Below are positions 62,317 through 64,000 of a stretch of DNA of 64,000 bases, piece by piece (position 1 is the first letter of the stretch; every line of letters starts with the position of its first letter). A program made the translations under genes and the position numbers. A model generated the notes under the pieces. That model was not told the DNA's origin. It worked only from the letters and a program-made list of their open reading frames with translations, and did no database searches. Source of the stretch: Polyangiales bacterium (GTDB taxonomy: Bacteria > Myxococcota_A > Polyangia > Polyangiales > Polyangiaceae). The DNA lies in the NCBI GenBank assembly GCA_038230375.1, contig JBBRNJ010000003.1, positions 64,001 to 128,000 of the forward strand, written 5' to 3'.

Positions 62317-63210
62317 ATGAGCGCCCCGACGACCGAAGGAACCTCGCGTCCCATCACCGCAGAAGATCCCCTGCCGAACGTCAAGCACGTCGTACTCGTG
62401 ATGAGTGGCAAGGGCGGCGTAGGCAAGAGCACGGTCGCGACGAACCTCACGCTCGCCCTCGCGCGGCGCGGCAACAAGGTTGGTCTCCTGGACGCGGACA
62501 TCTACGGTCCCAGCATCCCAACGATGCTCGGCGTCTCGGGTCGCCCCGTGTCGGCGGACGGAAAATCGATCGAGCCCCTCGAGCGCTTCGGCGTGAAGCT
62601 CATGTCCATCGGGTTTCTGCTGGAGGACGGCAAGAGCGCCGTCATCTGGCGCGGGCCCATGCTGCACGGCGCGCTCCAGCAGTTCATGAAGGACGTGAGC
62701 TGGGGTGCGCTCGACTACCTGGTCATGGATCTCCCGCCCGGCACCGGGGACGTGGCGCTCACGCTCTCGCAGCGCGTCGCGATCACGGGCGCGGTCATCG
62801 TCACCACGCCGCAGCAGGTCGCCACGGACGACGTCTTCAAGTCCGTCAGCATGTGCGAGAAGGTCAACATCCCGATCCTCGGCGTGGTCGAGAACATGTC
62901 CTTCTTCGTGGACCCCGCCGGCATCCGTCACGAGCTCTTCGGCAAGGGCGGCGGCCAGGCCATCGCCGAGTTCGCGAAGGCGCCGCTGTTCGGGCAGGTC
63001 CCCATCGACACGACTGTGCGCGAGTGGGGCGACAAGGGAACGCCGGTCGTGCAGGCCGCGCCGGACAGCAGCATCGCCCAGACGTTCCTCGCGATCGCGG
63101 ACAAGCTGAACGAGGTCGTCCTCGCGAAGGCCGGAGCCGGCGATGGCGCTGCGCCGCTCATCGATCGCAGCGGAGGCCAGGGCCGCCGCAAGCTCCCGGT
63201 CGCCCAGTAG
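62317..63210 (+). CDS. apbC: Mrp/NBP35 (ApbC) Fe-S cluster carrier ATPase
   Basis: SGKGGVGKST, DADIYGPS, WRGPM, DLPPGTGD, VTTPQ, VENMS. Confidence 0.93.
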   Translation: MSAPTTEGTSRPITAEDPLPNVKHVVLVMSGKGGVGKSTVATNLTLALARRGNKVGLLDADIYGPSIPTMLGVSGRPVSADGKSIEPLERFGVKLMSIGFLLEDGKSAVIWRGPMLHGALQQFMKDVSWGALDYLVMDLPPGTGDVALTLSQRVAITGAVIVTTPQQVATDDVFKSVSMCEKVNIPILGVVENMSFFVDPAGIRHELFGKGGGQAIAEFAKAPLFGQVPIDTTVREWGDKGTPVVQAAPDSSIAQTFLAIADKLNEVVLAKAGAGDGAAPLIDRSGGQGRRKLPVAQ

Positions 63211-63231
63211 CCGCGCCGCGCGCGTCGCAGC

Positions 63232-63546
63232 CTACGAGACGACGACCGTGAGCTCGATGCCCGCTCGCGCGAGCTGATCCTGCAGCGCGAGCCGCACGAC
63301 CTCTGCCATCGGCAGATCGAGGAGCTCCGCGAACCGAACGGCCCGCTCCAGGCTCACCACCTTGCGGCCCTTCTCGATGTCGCTGAGGTGCGACTTCGAG
63401 ATCCGCATGATCTGCGCCATCACCTCGAGCGTCCGGCACTCCTCGGACCGCTCCATCTGGAGCAACGTGGCGAGCTCCCCGGGCCGCTGGTCGACCTTCC
63501 GGGGCTTCGCAGGGCGCGCGCGACGGGTAGCCTTTGTTCTTGCCAT
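63232..63546 (-). CDS. XRE-family HTH protein (HigA-like)
   Basis: MAQIMRISKSHLSDIEKGRK HTH_3 signature. Confidence 0.85.
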   Translation of the reverse strand: MARTKATRRARPAKPRKVDQRPGELATLLQMERSEECRTLEVMAQIMRISKSHLSDIEKGRKVVSLERAVRFAELLDLPMAEVVRLALQDQLARAGIELTVVVS

Positions 63547-63555
63547 CCAAGAGAA

Positions 63556-63638
63556 GTACACCACGCAGGTGAACGCTGCTGCAGAATTTCGGCGTCTTTC
63601 GTCGAATTTGCTCGTAAAAGTTCACCCGCGAGGTGTAC
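63556..63638. promoter_or_regulatory. Two palindromic operator-like sites upstream of the XRE gene
   Basis: GTACACC-N5-GGTGAAC (63556-63574) and GTTCACC-N5-GGTGTAC (63620-63638). Confidence 0.7.
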
Positions 63639-63673
63639 TCGTTCTGGTGCTTCTTTGCGGAGGCCGTCGCCGC

Positions 63674-64000
63674 TCAGCTTCGTCTCATGACCAGCATCTT
63701 GGGCTCGGTCATCTCGGCCATGGCGAAGCGCAGGCCTTCGCGGCCGGAGCCGGAGTCCTTCACGCCGCCGTAGGGCATCACGTCCACCCGTACGTTCGTC
63801 GCGTCGTTGACGATGAGCCCGCCCACCTGGAGGCGCGCGTATGCGTCTCGCACCTTCGCGAGCGAGTCCGTGAACACCGCAGCCTGCAACCCATAGCGCG
63901 AGGCGTTGACCGCGGTGATCGCGTCGTCCCATGCAGAATACACGGATATGGTAGCGGCCGGCCCGAACAGCTCTTCGCAGACCACCTTCAGGTCCGTGCG
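63674..64000 (-). CDS. Aldehyde dehydrogenase (3' part only)
   Basis: EELFGP, NASRYGLQAAVFT, PYGGVKDSGSGREG. Confidence 0.92.
   Translation of the reverse strand, partial: RTDLKVVCEELFGPAATISVYSAWDDAITAVNASRYGLQAAVFTDSLAKVRDAYARLQVGGLIVNDATNVRVDVMPYGGVKDSGSGREGLRFAMAEMTEPKMLVMRRS

Overview
High-GC chromosomal window from a myxobacterium, most likely Polyangiaceae/Labilithrix-like. This is inferred from the FHA-sigma54 activator, the AgmX/PglI-type and PEGA domains, and many Cys-rich, DAG-linker lipoproteins. I can support about 58 CDS and found no rRNA, tRNA, CRISPR, IS or prophage. Ordinary genes include an osmoprotectant ABC transporter, Lhr helicase plus Nei glycosylase, FAH hydrolase, vapBC, malic enzyme, pirin, MFS, acyl-CoA ligase, two-domain PPK2, MoxR, Mrp/ApbC and ALDH. 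Highlights: (1) a polyprenyl-phosphate sugar-1-phosphate transferase (WbaP/WcaJ/EpsZ type) fused to an N-terminal tandem MshEN c-di-GMP-binding motif; (2) an intact flagellar filament locus (GH73-pseB-fliC-fliC-fliD-fliS-methyltransferase/TPR) with sigma54- and sigma28-like promoters, in a lineage classically regarded as non-flagellated; (3) an AAA+ / VIT-vWA-TonB-like lipoprotein / HExxH-vWA / outer-membrane protein locus; (4) a 51-bp AT-rich element repeated 4.8 kb apart; (5) hexamer tandem arrays and a G-rich tract flanked by strand-biased synonymous C depletion; (6) a frequent leaderless-promoter signature. All functional calls come from motifs recognised by eye; no database searches were run.
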